33,787 nt of DNA, from positions 1-33,787 of the forward strand of contig JBMYOQ010000048.1 in the NCBI GenBank assembly GCA_049599475.1, read 5' to 3'. A program made the translations under genes and the position numbers. Within the stretch, counting starts at the first letter, position 1. Each line of letters starts with the position of its first letter. This document shows positions 1 through 10,169 of the stretch, piece by piece. The DNA is from Opitutales bacterium (GTDB lineage: Bacteria; Verrucomicrobiota; Verrucomicrobiia; Opitutales; JABSRG01). The notes beneath the pieces are model-generated. The model was given only the letters and a program-made list of their open reading frames with translations. It searched no databases and had not been told where the DNA came from.

Positions 1-29
1 AATGGTGCACTTTCACCCGCAAATTACTG

Positions 30-3000
30 GTGCATTTTAACCGCAAACCGACAACTCTAAGCCAACTGGGACTCAGCGGAACATTTGAAACCGAACACCT
101 GGCTTTTAGCTATTTTTTCAATAAAGAGATCCAAGACCTGTCCACACATTTCAGTTTACACGATATAGACGGCGCTCTTCAAAGAGATGACAACTCGTGG
201 GTCTTTTTCAAATCGGGTACCGGGCTTTTCAGATACAACGGATCTTCAGTCCGGGGCATTGAAATGCCCTTCACGGGCACCGTAGGGAGAATGACCTCCA
301 ATGGTCACCACATTGCGATTTTGGTTGAGAGCGATTCCCCGTTTTTAGCGATTTACGAGGTAAACACACAAGAGTGGTCAAAAATCGAGATCCCTTCGGA
401 ATTAAGAGAAACACCCATGGTCGACATAACTCCGAACAAGCAGGGGCCTGGATTCGCAGTTTCGTTTCATGGACCCAAGGGCCTCGGCCTGTTACTCATT
501 GAGGGGCTTGAGCGAAATCTTCGATCAACTGGATGGGTAAACCTGCCCAATGCACACGAAACTCAAAACCTGCAATGGCATGGTGAGGACAAATGGATCT
601 TAAGCATCGACAGCGAAATCATCGTTCTGGATGTCCAAGGTGACCTCAAAATCGATCAAAGAATAGACTTTGAAAACCCCGTAGAACAGATCCTTCCAGT
701 GTCACCCCAATTGGCAATCGTGACGGGAAACAAGAGCGCGCCAAGCAAAAGAATCAATATTGAGACAAGAATCTTGAGCGAAAAAGGCTTAGGCCCTGTA
801 AAAACTGTAAACGGCTATTTCTTAAATGAAGCGCATGGTGACGTAGTCCTCATTCGATCGAAATCCATCTTCAGCATCATTTTCCAACTAGATAAAGAAA
901 CGCTCGATTTTTTCCCAATTTCTTCATCCGTCTCATTGAACCCCTCTGAGGCCTTCACTGTCGCTACTAAGGGCAACGGCACATCCCTCTTCATTGGAGG
1001 CAATGAAAGATCTCTCATCGTCAGCCCCGATAAGAACGTTTTAGGAAATTTCGAGCCATTTTACAAACTTAGCAGCTCCGGCCGCCGGGGTCAGGTGATT
1101 CACTTCATCAACAACAATCAATTCTATTACTCAAGGGACTTCCCCAAAGAATCACCACAGCTCCTGGGTAAAGAACCTTTTCGCTTTCAGAATCACCCAT
1201 GGAAGATCACCAAAAAATCGACCCTCCGCCACTATGATTACAAAAATCTGAATACACGCATCAATTCGAAATACTTAGGTTATCTGAACCGAAGTAAGCT
1301 AAAAACCCTCTACTACGACCCTTTCCGCGAACGAGCCCTTCACTACAATCGTATCTCCGATAAAGAGATGCCTGACGTCATAATCTTTGGTAAGGGTAAG
1401 GAAAAGATTATCAATCACCTGAACGGCTTAGAATACGATACGCGTAACCTGATCGCCACCGAAAAGGGGTATATCGAATTAATCGGAAAGTTTACGGGTC
1501 AGACGAGCAACCGATTCGTCGCAATCCAGGAACTCGACACCGACTTCACTCCACAAGAATATGACAAGCTGAAGATCAACCCCAAGCTCATAAAAGAGAC
1601 ACCTCAATTCTATGCTGACACACTTATCCCCGAGCTCGAAAAACGCTTCGACACCTACGACACAATTTGGGGACTCCTCGGTGAATCAGACTTTCACGAA
1701 ACGGAACCAGGCACCCTTATAAAAGCATTCCCGCTTCGAACGGGCCCCAATGTCTTACGGCTCGTTTGGAAGAATGATCGCTTTCGCGCACACACATATA
1801 CTGTCGAGGGATCACCCAATGAGTATTTTGGCATAAATAAGCAAGGCCGCCACGTATTCCGTGGCATTCCCGACACCTCAATTGTAGAATTCAAGATCAC
1901 CGAGTCCGATGAAATCAGCCCTTACTCCTGGAGTATCCCGGAAGAATACCACCTAGAGAGAATCTTAACCTCCACGGAGTCCAACTCTTGGGCCCTAGTC
2001 GGCCGAAAGGGCTTTAACATTTCGCGCCTGGTCGAGCTGAAGAACCTCGATATAAGCAATCCAAAACTCAATATAGAGATCCTCAATAAAGGCATTCAAA
2101 GCGGTGATCCGTTTACCGCAAAATTAAGCGTAACGACACCCTATGTGCTCGATAAACCAATACTCCCCTACTACTTCAGGTGGCGATACGACAACGGCCC
2201 ATGGAGCAAAAAATATCCGGTCGAAGAGAACACAAGGGACATCACGATAGAAAACCTCAAACCAGGGATACAGCGCGTCGAATTTAAACTCATTGGCTAC
2301 CATGACGACGACGGCATTTCCACCTCAAGCGCATACATCGACGTGATGCCCGTTCCCTTACAAAAACGAGACTGGTTTCCTCATCTAGTCATCACTATTT
2401 TCTCAGTCCTTACGGCAGTTCTCATTGTAGCAGTCATCCAGTCTATAAGAAGCGTCCGCAATGCACGTGCCCTCGCCCTTTTAAATAAAAACCTTGAAAA
2501 CATAGTCCTTGAGCGGACCTCTGAAATTGACGCGCAAAACCAGGAATTGATCGCGACAAACATGCTCCTGGAAGAAACCAATGTAAAACTCTTGGATACA
2601 GGAAAAGCGCTCGCGGAGGCGTCCCGAAAAGCCGGCATGGCTCAAGTAGCCTCAGGGGTCATCCACAACATTGGAAACATTTTTAACTCAATCACCATAT
2701 CCTTGAGCCTTCTAAAAGACGACGAGCGCATCACTAAGGCCCTAACTGGCTACAACAAACTGTTGGGTCTATTCGAGAAGAGCCAAGATCAACCTAAACT
2801 CCTACAAGACGAGAAAAAGTTAAAAGCTTCGATCCAATACCTAAGGCAGCTCAACACAAGTATTGAAGATACTCACACGGCCCAGCACCAAGAATTTGAA
2901 CGTATAAACGAAGGTATCCAAAAGGTCGGAGCAGTCATGCGTTCTCAAGAGAAATATGCCAAAAACCCGACTGACGTAAAACAGGACTGTACCCTCAAAG

Positions 3001-3464
3001 AAGTGATACAAGAAGCACTCGAAGTCGCGGCGATGAAGATTCCTCTGAGCACGGTCGATGTATCGATTATCACCGAGACTCAGACGGATCACGCTATGCT
3101 CGACATTACGTACGCCCGTCAGATTTTGGTAGTTCTTATAGAAAATGCCTATGATGCATCCTGCAGCTATGAACATCAGGGACGTATCGAAATTCATATA
3201 GATCCCGGCGTCGAAACAGGAAGCGTACGAATATCCATAAAAGACAACGGAACGGGAATCCACGCGGACGATCTACCCGTATTATTCTCTCAGGGATTCA
3301 CCACGAAGCCTGGCGGCAGCGGCACCAATCTGCACGATTCAGTAAACTTGGCTCGGGTAGTCGGAGGGAATATCACAGCGAAGAATAACGCTGACGGCCC
3401 AGGCGCCACCTTTTACTTCGACCTCCCTGAAGGGACCTTAGTCGAAGCCGATTCGAAGGAATAA
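30..3464 (+). CDS. Membrane sensor histidine kinase (large extracytoplasmic beta-rich region, Y_Y_Y-like domain, TM, coiled coil, HisKA, HATPase_c); probably 5'-truncated by the window edge
   Basis: H-box AGMAQVASGVIHNIGNIFN; N-box LIENAYDA; G1 IKDNGTGI; F-box LFSQGFTTK; terminal GPGATFYFDLP. TM segment LVITIFSVLTAVLIVAVI. Y_Y_Y-like YYFRWRYDNGPW..ITIENLKPG. The frame is open from position 3 with no stop, so the true start likely lies upstream. Confidence 0.9.
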   Translation: MHFNRKPTTLSQLGLSGTFETEHLAFSYFFNKEIQDLSTHFSLHDIDGALQRDDNSWVFFKSGTGLFRYNGSSVRGIEMPFTGTVGRMTSNGHHIAILVESDSPFLAIYEVNTQEWSKIEIPSELRETPMVDITPNKQGPGFAVSFHGPKGLGLLLIEGLERNLRSTGWVNLPNAHETQNLQWHGEDKWILSIDSEIIVLDVQGDLKIDQRIDFENPVEQILPVSPQLAIVTGNKSAPSKRINIETRILSEKGLGPVKTVNGYFLNEAHGDVVLIRSKSIFSIIFQLDKETLDFFPISSSVSLNPSEAFTVATKGNGTSLFIGGNERSLIVSPDKNVLGNFEPFYKLSSSGRRGQVIHFINNNQFYYSRDFPKESPQLLGKEPFRFQNHPWKITKKSTLRHYDYKNLNTRINSKYLGYLNRSKLKTLYYDPFRERALHYNRISDKEMPDVIIFGKGKEKIINHLNGLEYDTRNLIATEKGYIELIGKFTGQTSNRFVAIQELDTDFTPQEYDKLKINPKLIKETPQFYADTLIPELEKRFDTYDTIWGLLGESDFHETEPGTLIKAFPLRTGPNVLRLVWKNDRFRAHTYTVEGSPNEYFGINKQGRHVFRGIPDTSIVEFKITESDEISPYSWSIPEEYHLERILTSTESNSWALVGRKGFNISRLVELKNLDISNPKLNIEILNKGIQSGDPFTAKLSVTTPYVLDKPILPYYFRWRYDNGPWSKKYPVEENTRDITIENLKPGIQRVEFKLIGYHDDDGISTSSAYIDVMPVPLQKRDWFPHLVITIFSVLTAVLIVAVIQSIRSVRNARALALLNKNLENIVLERTSEIDAQNQELIATNMLLEETNVKLLDTGKALAEASRKAGMAQVASGVIHNIGNIFNSITISLSLLKDDERITKALTGYNKLLGLFEKSQDQPKLLQDEKKLKASIQYLRQLNTSIEDTHTAQHQEFERINEGIQKVGAVMRSQEKYAKNPTDVKQDCTLKEVIQEALEVAAMKIPLSTVDVSIITETQTDHAMLDITYARQILVVLIENAYDASCSYEHQGRIEIHIDPGVETGSVRISIKDNGTGIHADDLPVLFSQGFTTKPGGSGTNLHDSVNLARVVGGNITAKNNADGPGATFYFDLPEGTLVEADSKE

Positions 3465-3587
3465 GCTAAATTCCGACTTAATTATGATCGGTTTAGGTGC
3501 CCATTAGGTGCTCATTCCTATTTTACCCTTTTCAAAATCATTTTCGCAAACAAGCCGCTCAAGGTTGCGACAAAGGCTCATATGATT

Positions 3588-3614
3588 CGGCTCACCGAGA
3601 CTGTTCGCCCTACC
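3588..3614 (-). repeat. GTAG-type REP-like element
   Basis: Minus strand reads GGTAGGGCGAACAGTCTCGGTGAGCCG: GTAG foot followed by an imperfect palindrome, related to copies at 3724, 22874, 22933 and 32605. Confidence 0.65.
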
Positions 3615-3723
3615 TTCATATTGGGGTTTCTGAAAAAGTCTGATTGTCTTAAAATCGACGTATTCGGGTTGAGCTGCAACTCCGAGGTAGCCGCTGCGAG
3701 TTCAGGAAACCAGATCAAACGCT

Positions 3724-3751
3724 GCGGCTGTCTCGGAGATACAGCCCTGCC
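3724..3751 (-). repeat. GTAG-type REP-like element
   Basis: GCGGCTGTCTCGGAGATACAGCCCTGCC differs at 3 of 28 positions from 22933-22960 (GCGGCTGCCTCGGAGATGCAGCCCTACC). Confidence 0.75.
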
Positions 3752-3853
3752 AGTTTCTGTTGCCCTATCGTCTTCGTGCTGAATTTGAATTCGATGACGT
3801 ACGTGTTTTTGACCTGATTGCTCAATACCACTTGCGCTTGCACCAGGATGCAT

Positions 3854-3896
3854 AAAAGAGCCTCGGCCGACTGCTTGAGGCGCGTCGACCGAGGCT
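3854..3896 (-). terminator. Rho-independent terminator of the G8-domain gene
   Basis: Minus strand AGCCTCGGTCGAC..GTCGGCCGAGGCT forms a 13-bp stem with one G-U pair, followed by CTTTTAT, about 30 nt after the stop at 3926. Confidence 0.75.
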
Positions 3897-3925
3897 AGGG
3901 GCTCTGCTATAGCTCCGCTTTAAGT

Positions 3926-6900
3926 CTAGGGATTCAATCTGTCAGGGTCTTCACCGTCGAGAAGCCCGTCATCGTCGTCGTCGGAATCCATGAAGTCTGG
4001 CTCGCCGTCACCATCAGTATCTACATAATCTGTGACATAGTGGACTGCTAGATCATCAAGCCAGAGCGTGAGACCTGCCTGCTGTGTGCGCACTTGGAAA
4101 CGCCTCATTGACTTGAAGTCTCCCGTCGTTGCTACAATATCGATGCTGAAGTAATTCCAACTATCGTCTATATAATCTAGCTTAAAGCTGCGGCTCAAAC
4201 TCTCACTTCCTGAGATCTTGGTGCGCAGGAGCACCTTGCCACTTTCATAGGGCATACTCGCTTTGTACCAGCCACTGAAGTTGAGCACCGTTGTAGGAGT
4301 CGAGAATGCTGGACCTGTGCTTTTAGAGGACAGGTCGACCTTACTTCCTTCAGGGTTATCCACTCGGAGAACATTGTAGATGACTCCGTCTGTCTCATCC
4401 TCAACAAACTCCATTGTGCCCCCAGAGCCACCGATCTTCCAACCGCCAAGATCCGGGTCCTCGAAATCACCATTCGCGATGTAATTCACATCGCCACCCA
4501 TTCCGAAATATGGAGATAGCGGATGCGTATCTGAGTTATCTCCCCAGCCATCTTGATCCGAGTCAAGCCACTCATCGGGGTCATAATCAAAGACATCCAC
4601 ATCATTTTCGTGCGAGTCTCCATCAATATTTGAGTCCAAGTGATCCGGGGTTTGATCCTTGTCAAAATCCGGGTCAGCACTCGTATTCGCGACAAGCGGT
4701 TCAGCATCTTCAGAGTCTGTTATGCCGTCGTTGTCGTCGTCATTGTCAGCATTATTTCCGACACCATCCCCATCTGTATCCAGATGCTCCGAAGCATCGA
4801 GAGGAAACGCATCCTCATAGTCAAAGAAGCCGTCACCATCATCGTCATCATCTGCATTATTACCGACGGTATCTCCATCGGTATCTAGTTGCTCCGATGC
4901 ATCGCGTGGGAAGGCGTCTTCACCATCGAGAAATCCATCGCCATCATCGTCGGGGTCAATATAATCTGGGAGATAATCACCGTCGAGGTTCCCTTGATTG
5001 TGCCTTAGGATACCGACGCTCAGGTCATCAACATTTACCGTCAACCCACCATCCGCATTACGGAAAATAAATGAACGGATCTTCGTAAAATCACCCTCGA
5101 AATCGAAACTGAAGTATTCCCAGCGGTCCGTTCCTTCTGTTTCTTCGGTTTCCTTTGTTCCGTAACCCGTATAGTTGATCGCGCCCGACGGAGTGCCACC
5201 ATTACCCAGCTTCGAGATTATCTCAACTTTTCCGTTATCGCTGGGGCTGTCCATTTTCACCCAACCGCTGAGATTATAAATCAAAACATTCGGGTCTCCA
5301 AATTCAACATCTCCGGCGCTCCAGTCCATTCTCAGGTCTAGATTCTCGCCATCATCATTACTCAAGACGAAGCTTTGGCTACCTGAAAACGAATCGTCAC
5401 TTGTGGCCACCACAGTCCCGCTGCTGGGACCAGATTTCGCCCAACCGTTCATTCCGTCGTCAGCACCCATATTTCGACCTTCGAGGAAGTTGCCTTCGAG
5501 TGCCAAGTATCTGGAAAATGGATACTTATCTTGGTTATCTCCATATCCATCGCCGTCAGTATCAATCGTCTCATTCGGATTATAATCCAAGGCATCTGCA
5601 TTATTCCCTAAATTATCTTTATCCGAGTCGTACCATTCAAATGGATCTTTATCAAAGACATCCGCAATGTTTCCAACACCATCGCCGTCTGAATCCTGAT
5701 ATTCAGTTGGATCATACGGTAACGCGTCGATACTGTTAGCGTAGAGATCTCCATCTATATTGGAATCATATCTATCGGGAGTGCCATCCTCATCTAGATC
5801 ACTCCATGCGTTCGAGTCATCCGGAGCGGCGTCCAAGGCATCCACTACGCCATCACCATCGTAGTCCGGGGTGGTAGAATCATTAGAATTCGTATCCGCA
5901 AAGGCATCGCCAAATCCGTCATTGTCGGCATCTTGGAACTCTGCGGAATCCAGAGGAAACGCATCTGCTACGTCCAGATACCCATCTCCGTCCAGATCTA
6001 GATTACTTTGATTTTTTATAGGAAATGCGAATTCGCCGTAATATTGGTCTGCACCGTGATCAGTAAAGGAGCGTTCGAGGATGCGCAAATCATCGATAAA
6101 GCCTCTGTAAGCACCACTTCTGGTAAAGGCTCCTTGACCTCGCCCAACACGGCCCAAACCCATCTTCATGTTTTCGGTAACCAGGACATCTGCGATAGTA
6201 TTCCCTTTCACGTCTCGATCACCATCGACATATAAGTAGGCTTTGTTGTGACCAAAATTATAGGACAAGATAACCTGGTGCCATTGTCCCGCAATTAGGC
6301 TTCCTTCTCGTAGCTCGATAGTCTGGCCTGGCTGAGTTCTCAAGGAAGCAACAATTTCGCCATTTTCGATAGCCAATTGATAACCAACATCGGCATCGCC
6401 CCACTCGGCAATGACTCCCGATGAGGTATCCATAGGCCGGATATTCGCTACGACTGCAAAGGTTTTATAAGCAATGGGGAAAGGCTGCTCGAAATCCAAT
6501 GCATCCAGGCGACCATCAAAATACATTGCATGCCCAAGAGCATCCATATCCACGATTCTGGATTCTACGTCCAAATAGTTTACAGGAGTCGCTGCGGGCT
6601 TATCTAGACGATACTTCAGGCGATTCTCTGAAAACTCGAAATCAAAGTTTACAACAGGCTTATTGGGCTCCTCAAGATAGGTCTTATATGCCGGAAGATC
6701 ATCGATACGCATTGCTACGACATTGTAAGCGTCATTCCACTCCTCATATCGCGACAGACTTTCATAACCACGTGGCAACATAAAACCAGCTTGTGAAGCC
6801 GCACCCGTAGGATAGTTTTCGGGATCACCAGGGAGGAAAACACTCTGATAAACATCAATTTCCGCGTTTTTTTGATAGAAGTCATTAATCTCTTCGTTCG

Positions 6901-9574
6901 TTAGATAGTAATAAGCTTTGGGAATCTCGAGGCCGACCCCTACCGGATAAAGCCTTCTCGTATCGAAACTCTTGTAAGTCAACTTGTCCGGATCTAAACT
7001 AAAAAGCTCTCCATCACTACCCAACTTATTGGCATTCTTTTCCCAATCATACTCCGGATAGTTGACTACGTAATCGTAGGGCACGTGGTCGGGATCCTGG
7101 ATATCTCTTAGGAAGAGCTGATAACGCTCGCCGTCACTGTTCTCTAAAATAAAACGGTGGGCCAAAGACTCGTCCCTCATATGTGTGCCAGTTCCGTGCT
7201 TCGCATAGGGAAGCGCAGTATCGTGGAGTAAGTAGTTATACGGCTTGGCAATACTCCCATCATTAACGCGCTCCATGAGCTCACCAAAGCCATTGCTGTC
7301 AGAATTACTAGAATCGATATCGATGTCAGGGTCGGGGTGCAAATAGGCAAGTTTCGCCAATCCATATGATTGAGCACTTGCCGTCAAAGTGCCGAACTCG
7401 GGATTAATAATTTCAACCAACAGTGGCATGTGACTCCGAACGAGCGGATAGTGCAGGTTAATATAATTATTATAATACCCTCCTTCTAAGCGAGTATATT
7501 TGAAACCGGTGAAGTCATTTAAACTTCCTTCGCTTTCCTCCGTACCACTATTTCCATCGCGGGGTATCTGAATACCTAGAGCGAATCCTTCCACATAGGG
7601 GTTAACAAACTCCACATTGCCCGTGCCGTGGTGAGCAAAATGCCCCAATCCTGCCGGATAATCGAGGTCACCAAGAAGAACTGTATTCTCATAACTGATA
7701 TCGTCTGAGTAGTTCGAGCTCAGCCCCATGTTAATGCGCCATGCGAAAAAATTCTGAACGCGAGATGGAAACTGAGGGCGATGCTCCGCAACCATCAAAC
7801 CAATATTCGATCCATACACGATGTTTCCTTCAAACAAGCGAGCAGGTACACTTGTGACATTTACATCATCGCGCCACGGATCATACTTATCTGCATCCTG
7901 CACAAGTGATTTGGGGAATCGATCATTTAAGCGTCCTGCCAGCTTTAGTGGATATAAGGACATACCTTCGCGCCCTGCTCCAGATACAACATTTCGCTCT
8001 ACATCGACATTGATGCCCTGAAGCCAAAAACCATGGCCTCCATAACCAAATTCGTCATCTTCATTTCCATTCTTACGGCGCTGGAAACGTAGGTCCCCAC
8101 TGTCATTAGCGTATTCATCAATATCATTACGAATAGAGATATTCTCAATAAATGACCCAATTTCATCACCCGCTTCGGTCACAAAAGAAGCCGCCTTTAC
8201 ATCGTAAGCTACATTATGCTTAAACTTGACGTGGCTACTATGATTCACAAAACCCCAGCCCGGACTATCGACCACAACACTGCCATAAATCGTGGCTGCG
8301 GGTGTATCAAAGCCTCCGTGGTGGAAATGCAAAGAATAGCGAGCTCGTGGGTTGGTACCTATAACGAGTGAACCATCAGTTTCGTCGACCAATATGCTTC
8401 CGTCTTCTGCGAGCTTTGTATCTTTAGCTTTCTTAATTTTGTTTGATCGGCCCAGGTAGTAAAAACCAGCGTATTTAATATCCGCATCATTACTGTGCAT
8501 AATCATCACGTGACCGCGCCGATTGAATCGCAGCGTATCCTCTGCAGTATCGGGAAACTTAGCACGTCCAGATTCCTCTGTTTCCACATATACGTTGCGC
8601 GTCAAATTCACCACGTGGACCTTCATGCGCTTAAGAATCGTCCCTTCCGATAGATCTGTATTTGGAGTTTTGTGGCTCTTCTCCAGTTGATGATCTAAAG
8701 TAATCACATTACCGGAAATACCTGCAATCGTACGCTGTTCATCACCCAGTGCATCACGCGATGTTCCGGCCACGACAATAGTGTCTCCCACATTCCAATT
8801 ATTAGGAACGACGTCCAGTATCAACTCTATGTCTTCCGCTTCAGGCTCCTGAGCTAATGCGCTCCCATAGGTCTTCGCGGCCCCATGCATTCTGACGGGC
8901 CCCATGGAGATCAGCCCGAGTCCTACTTGCAAGGGATCATAATCGCTGGGCTCAGAGCCGTCCTCATTCAAGTAGGCTTGAATCCCCTGACCTGTCAGAT
9001 CATCGATCACAATCTTCGCCGTAAGGCCCTGCGAAACAGGATCAGATTCGGTGCCCATGGTCAGCGATCCCATCTCTGTCACAACAAGCGTGTGCACATT
9101 CAGCGACGTATTCACATCTGTCGCGAATTTAAGATGTCCGTCTGAACGCACCGTCATGATGCGCTCTGAGATTTCAGTATCAATGGTCACCGTGTGTCCC
9201 ATTGATACCAATACACGGTCGCCCTCCTGAGGCACTCCAGAATCCCAAGTATCAGGATCCGACCATTTTCCGTTCTTAACTGACGTAACATCAACTAAAG
9301 AATAGTCGATCAACTTCATAATGAGTGCCATGTGATGGGAATGCTCAACGTGCTCTTCCATTCCGTGCCCACCCATTCCATGTTCTTCATGAGTATGCAT
9401 TTCCATACTACCATAAAGGCATGTTGAAACAAGGGCTACAAAACTGATCGCAAAAGCTTTTTCAATACGGTTTAGACACGATCTTTCCATGCCTAGGATA
9501 TAATCTTTTAATTTTCTAACATTAGAATACAACGCACGGCGCAAGCCACGCAGACACACGTAATCTAAATTCAT
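3926..9574 (-). CDS. Giant secreted G8-domain / parallel beta-helix protein with LamG domain, thrombospondin type-3-like Asp-rich repeats and two CBM4/9-like domains (alternative start at 9490)
   Basis: G8 start SVKNGKWSDPDTWDSGVPQEGDRVLV..GHTVTID; beta-helix region ARYSLHFH, GHGFWLQG; LamG MYFDG..WHQVILSY..LYVDG..GFIDDLRI; many DxDGDGxxDxxDAFPxD repeats; NGDFE..GW..SGWYK..W.YF..LWLDDL modules; hydrophobic signal-like AFAISFVALVSTCLYG. Confidence 0.85.
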   Translation of the reverse strand: MNLDYVCLRGLRRALYSNVRKLKDYILGMERSCLNRIEKAFAISFVALVSTCLYGSMEMHTHEEHGMGGHGMEEHVEHSHHMALIMKLIDYSLVDVTSVKNGKWSDPDTWDSGVPQEGDRVLVSMGHTVTIDTEISERIMTVRSDGHLKFATDVNTSLNVHTLVVTEMGSLTMGTESDPVSQGLTAKIVIDDLTGQGIQAYLNEDGSEPSDYDPLQVGLGLISMGPVRMHGAAKTYGSALAQEPEAEDIELILDVVPNNWNVGDTIVVAGTSRDALGDEQRTIAGISGNVITLDHQLEKSHKTPNTDLSEGTILKRMKVHVVNLTRNVYVETEESGRAKFPDTAEDTLRFNRRGHVMIMHSNDADIKYAGFYYLGRSNKIKKAKDTKLAEDGSILVDETDGSLVIGTNPRARYSLHFHHGGFDTPAATIYGSVVVDSPGWGFVNHSSHVKFKHNVAYDVKAASFVTEAGDEIGSFIENISIRNDIDEYANDSGDLRFQRRKNGNEDDEFGYGGHGFWLQGINVDVERNVVSGAGREGMSLYPLKLAGRLNDRFPKSLVQDADKYDPWRDDVNVTSVPARLFEGNIVYGSNIGLMVAEHRPQFPSRVQNFFAWRINMGLSSNYSDDISYENTVLLGDLDYPAGLGHFAHHGTGNVEFVNPYVEGFALGIQIPRDGNSGTEESEGSLNDFTGFKYTRLEGGYYNNYINLHYPLVRSHMPLLVEIINPEFGTLTASAQSYGLAKLAYLHPDPDIDIDSSNSDSNGFGELMERVNDGSIAKPYNYLLHDTALPYAKHGTGTHMRDESLAHRFILENSDGERYQLFLRDIQDPDHVPYDYVVNYPEYDWEKNANKLGSDGELFSLDPDKLTYKSFDTRRLYPVGVGLEIPKAYYYLTNEEINDFYQKNAEIDVYQSVFLPGDPENYPTGAASQAGFMLPRGYESLSRYEEWNDAYNVVAMRIDDLPAYKTYLEEPNKPVVNFDFEFSENRLKYRLDKPAATPVNYLDVESRIVDMDALGHAMYFDGRLDALDFEQPFPIAYKTFAVVANIRPMDTSSGVIAEWGDADVGYQLAIENGEIVASLRTQPGQTIELREGSLIAGQWHQVILSYNFGHNKAYLYVDGDRDVKGNTIADVLVTENMKMGLGRVGRGQGAFTRSGAYRGFIDDLRILERSFTDHGADQYYGEFAFPIKNQSNLDLDGDGYLDVADAFPLDSAEFQDADNDGFGDAFADTNSNDSTTPDYDGDGVVDALDAAPDDSNAWSDLDEDGTPDRYDSNIDGDLYANSIDALPYDPTEYQDSDGDGVGNIADVFDKDPFEWYDSDKDNLGNNADALDYNPNETIDTDGDGYGDNQDKYPFSRYLALEGNFLEGRNMGADDGMNGWAKSGPSSGTVVATSDDSFSGSQSFVLSNDDGENLDLRMDWSAGDVEFGDPNVLIYNLSGWVKMDSPSDNGKVEIISKLGNGGTPSGAINYTGYGTKETEETEGTDRWEYFSFDFEGDFTKIRSFIFRNADGGLTVNVDDLSVGILRHNQGNLDGDYLPDYIDPDDDGDGFLDGEDAFPRDASEQLDTDGDTVGNNADDDDDGDGFFDYEDAFPLDASEHLDTDGDGVGNNADNDDDNDGITDSEDAEPLVANTSADPDFDKDQTPDHLDSNIDGDSHENDVDVFDYDPDEWLDSDQDGWGDNSDTHPLSPYFGMGGDVNYIANGDFEDPDLGGWKIGGSGGTMEFVEDETDGVIYNVLRVDNPEGSKVDLSSKSTGPAFSTPTTVLNFSGWYKASMPYESGKVLLRTKISGSESLSRSFKLDYIDDSWNYFSIDIVATTGDFKSMRRFQVRTQQAGLTLWLDDLAVHYVTDYVDTDGDGEPDFMDSDDDDDGLLDGEDPDRLNP

Positions 9575-9690
9575 TTAATGGGGGGTTTGGGGTAGAATAA
9601 ATGCTAGTGAACGGATAAATCCGGAGGTCAATCACTGAGCTAGGGTAATTGAGAATCAATAAGGGGGCGTATTTGATTTCTCATACTACT

Positions 9691-9719
9691 ATTAAACTAC
9701 CTAAACACCTAGGAGTCAA
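9691..9719 (-). promoter_or_regulatory. Candidate sigma70-type promoter for the G8 gene
   Basis: Minus strand TTGACT, 17-nt spacer, TTTAAT; 5/6 match to each consensus hexamer. Confidence 0.45.
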
Positions 9720-10169
9720 AGGCTAATACAATACAGGCTCGCCACTACTAAGTAGCGCCTTCGAAGTTTTCTCAACAGAAAACCCGATCTGGTGAACGCA
9801 CGATATCATTCGCATAGATTTTGGTTAAACGAATAACAAAAGCTCCGTCTCAAAACCTAAGCAATGAAGAAGCGCACTTAAAAAAAGATGTAAATTTCAA
9901 AACAAAAATCCGTATTGATCTACGTTCGGAGCCAGGCTTGCGAGCCTCTATGCTAAAAAACAAGTCGCTATAGTTCACTTAACTAACAGCAACAGGATCA
10001 AACACAACGGAATACCTTATTGAAAACCCAAGTATTTTTTGTTAAGCACAACTGCTTTACTGGATTCTCACCCTCAGATTTTCCTACTCCACCTCATCAA
10101 GTAGGATTAAGTACCGAATGCCACAGACCCCCAAGGTCTTAGCAGTCCTGCTCCAACCTCCCCAACTCT

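Noticed and set aside
3578..3853. Small ORFs 3578-3853 (-) and 3582-3782 (+)
   Set aside because: They run through two REP copies (GRAVSPRQP, VGRTVSVSR) and have no recognisable protein motif.
4414..5070. 218-aa His/Arg-rich ORF
   Set aside because: Antisense shadow of the Asp-rich repeats in the G8 gene.
4540..5990. Repetitive DNA resembling an array
   Set aside because: These are coding TSP3-like repeats with degenerate codons, not a constant repeat with unique spacers, so not CRISPR.
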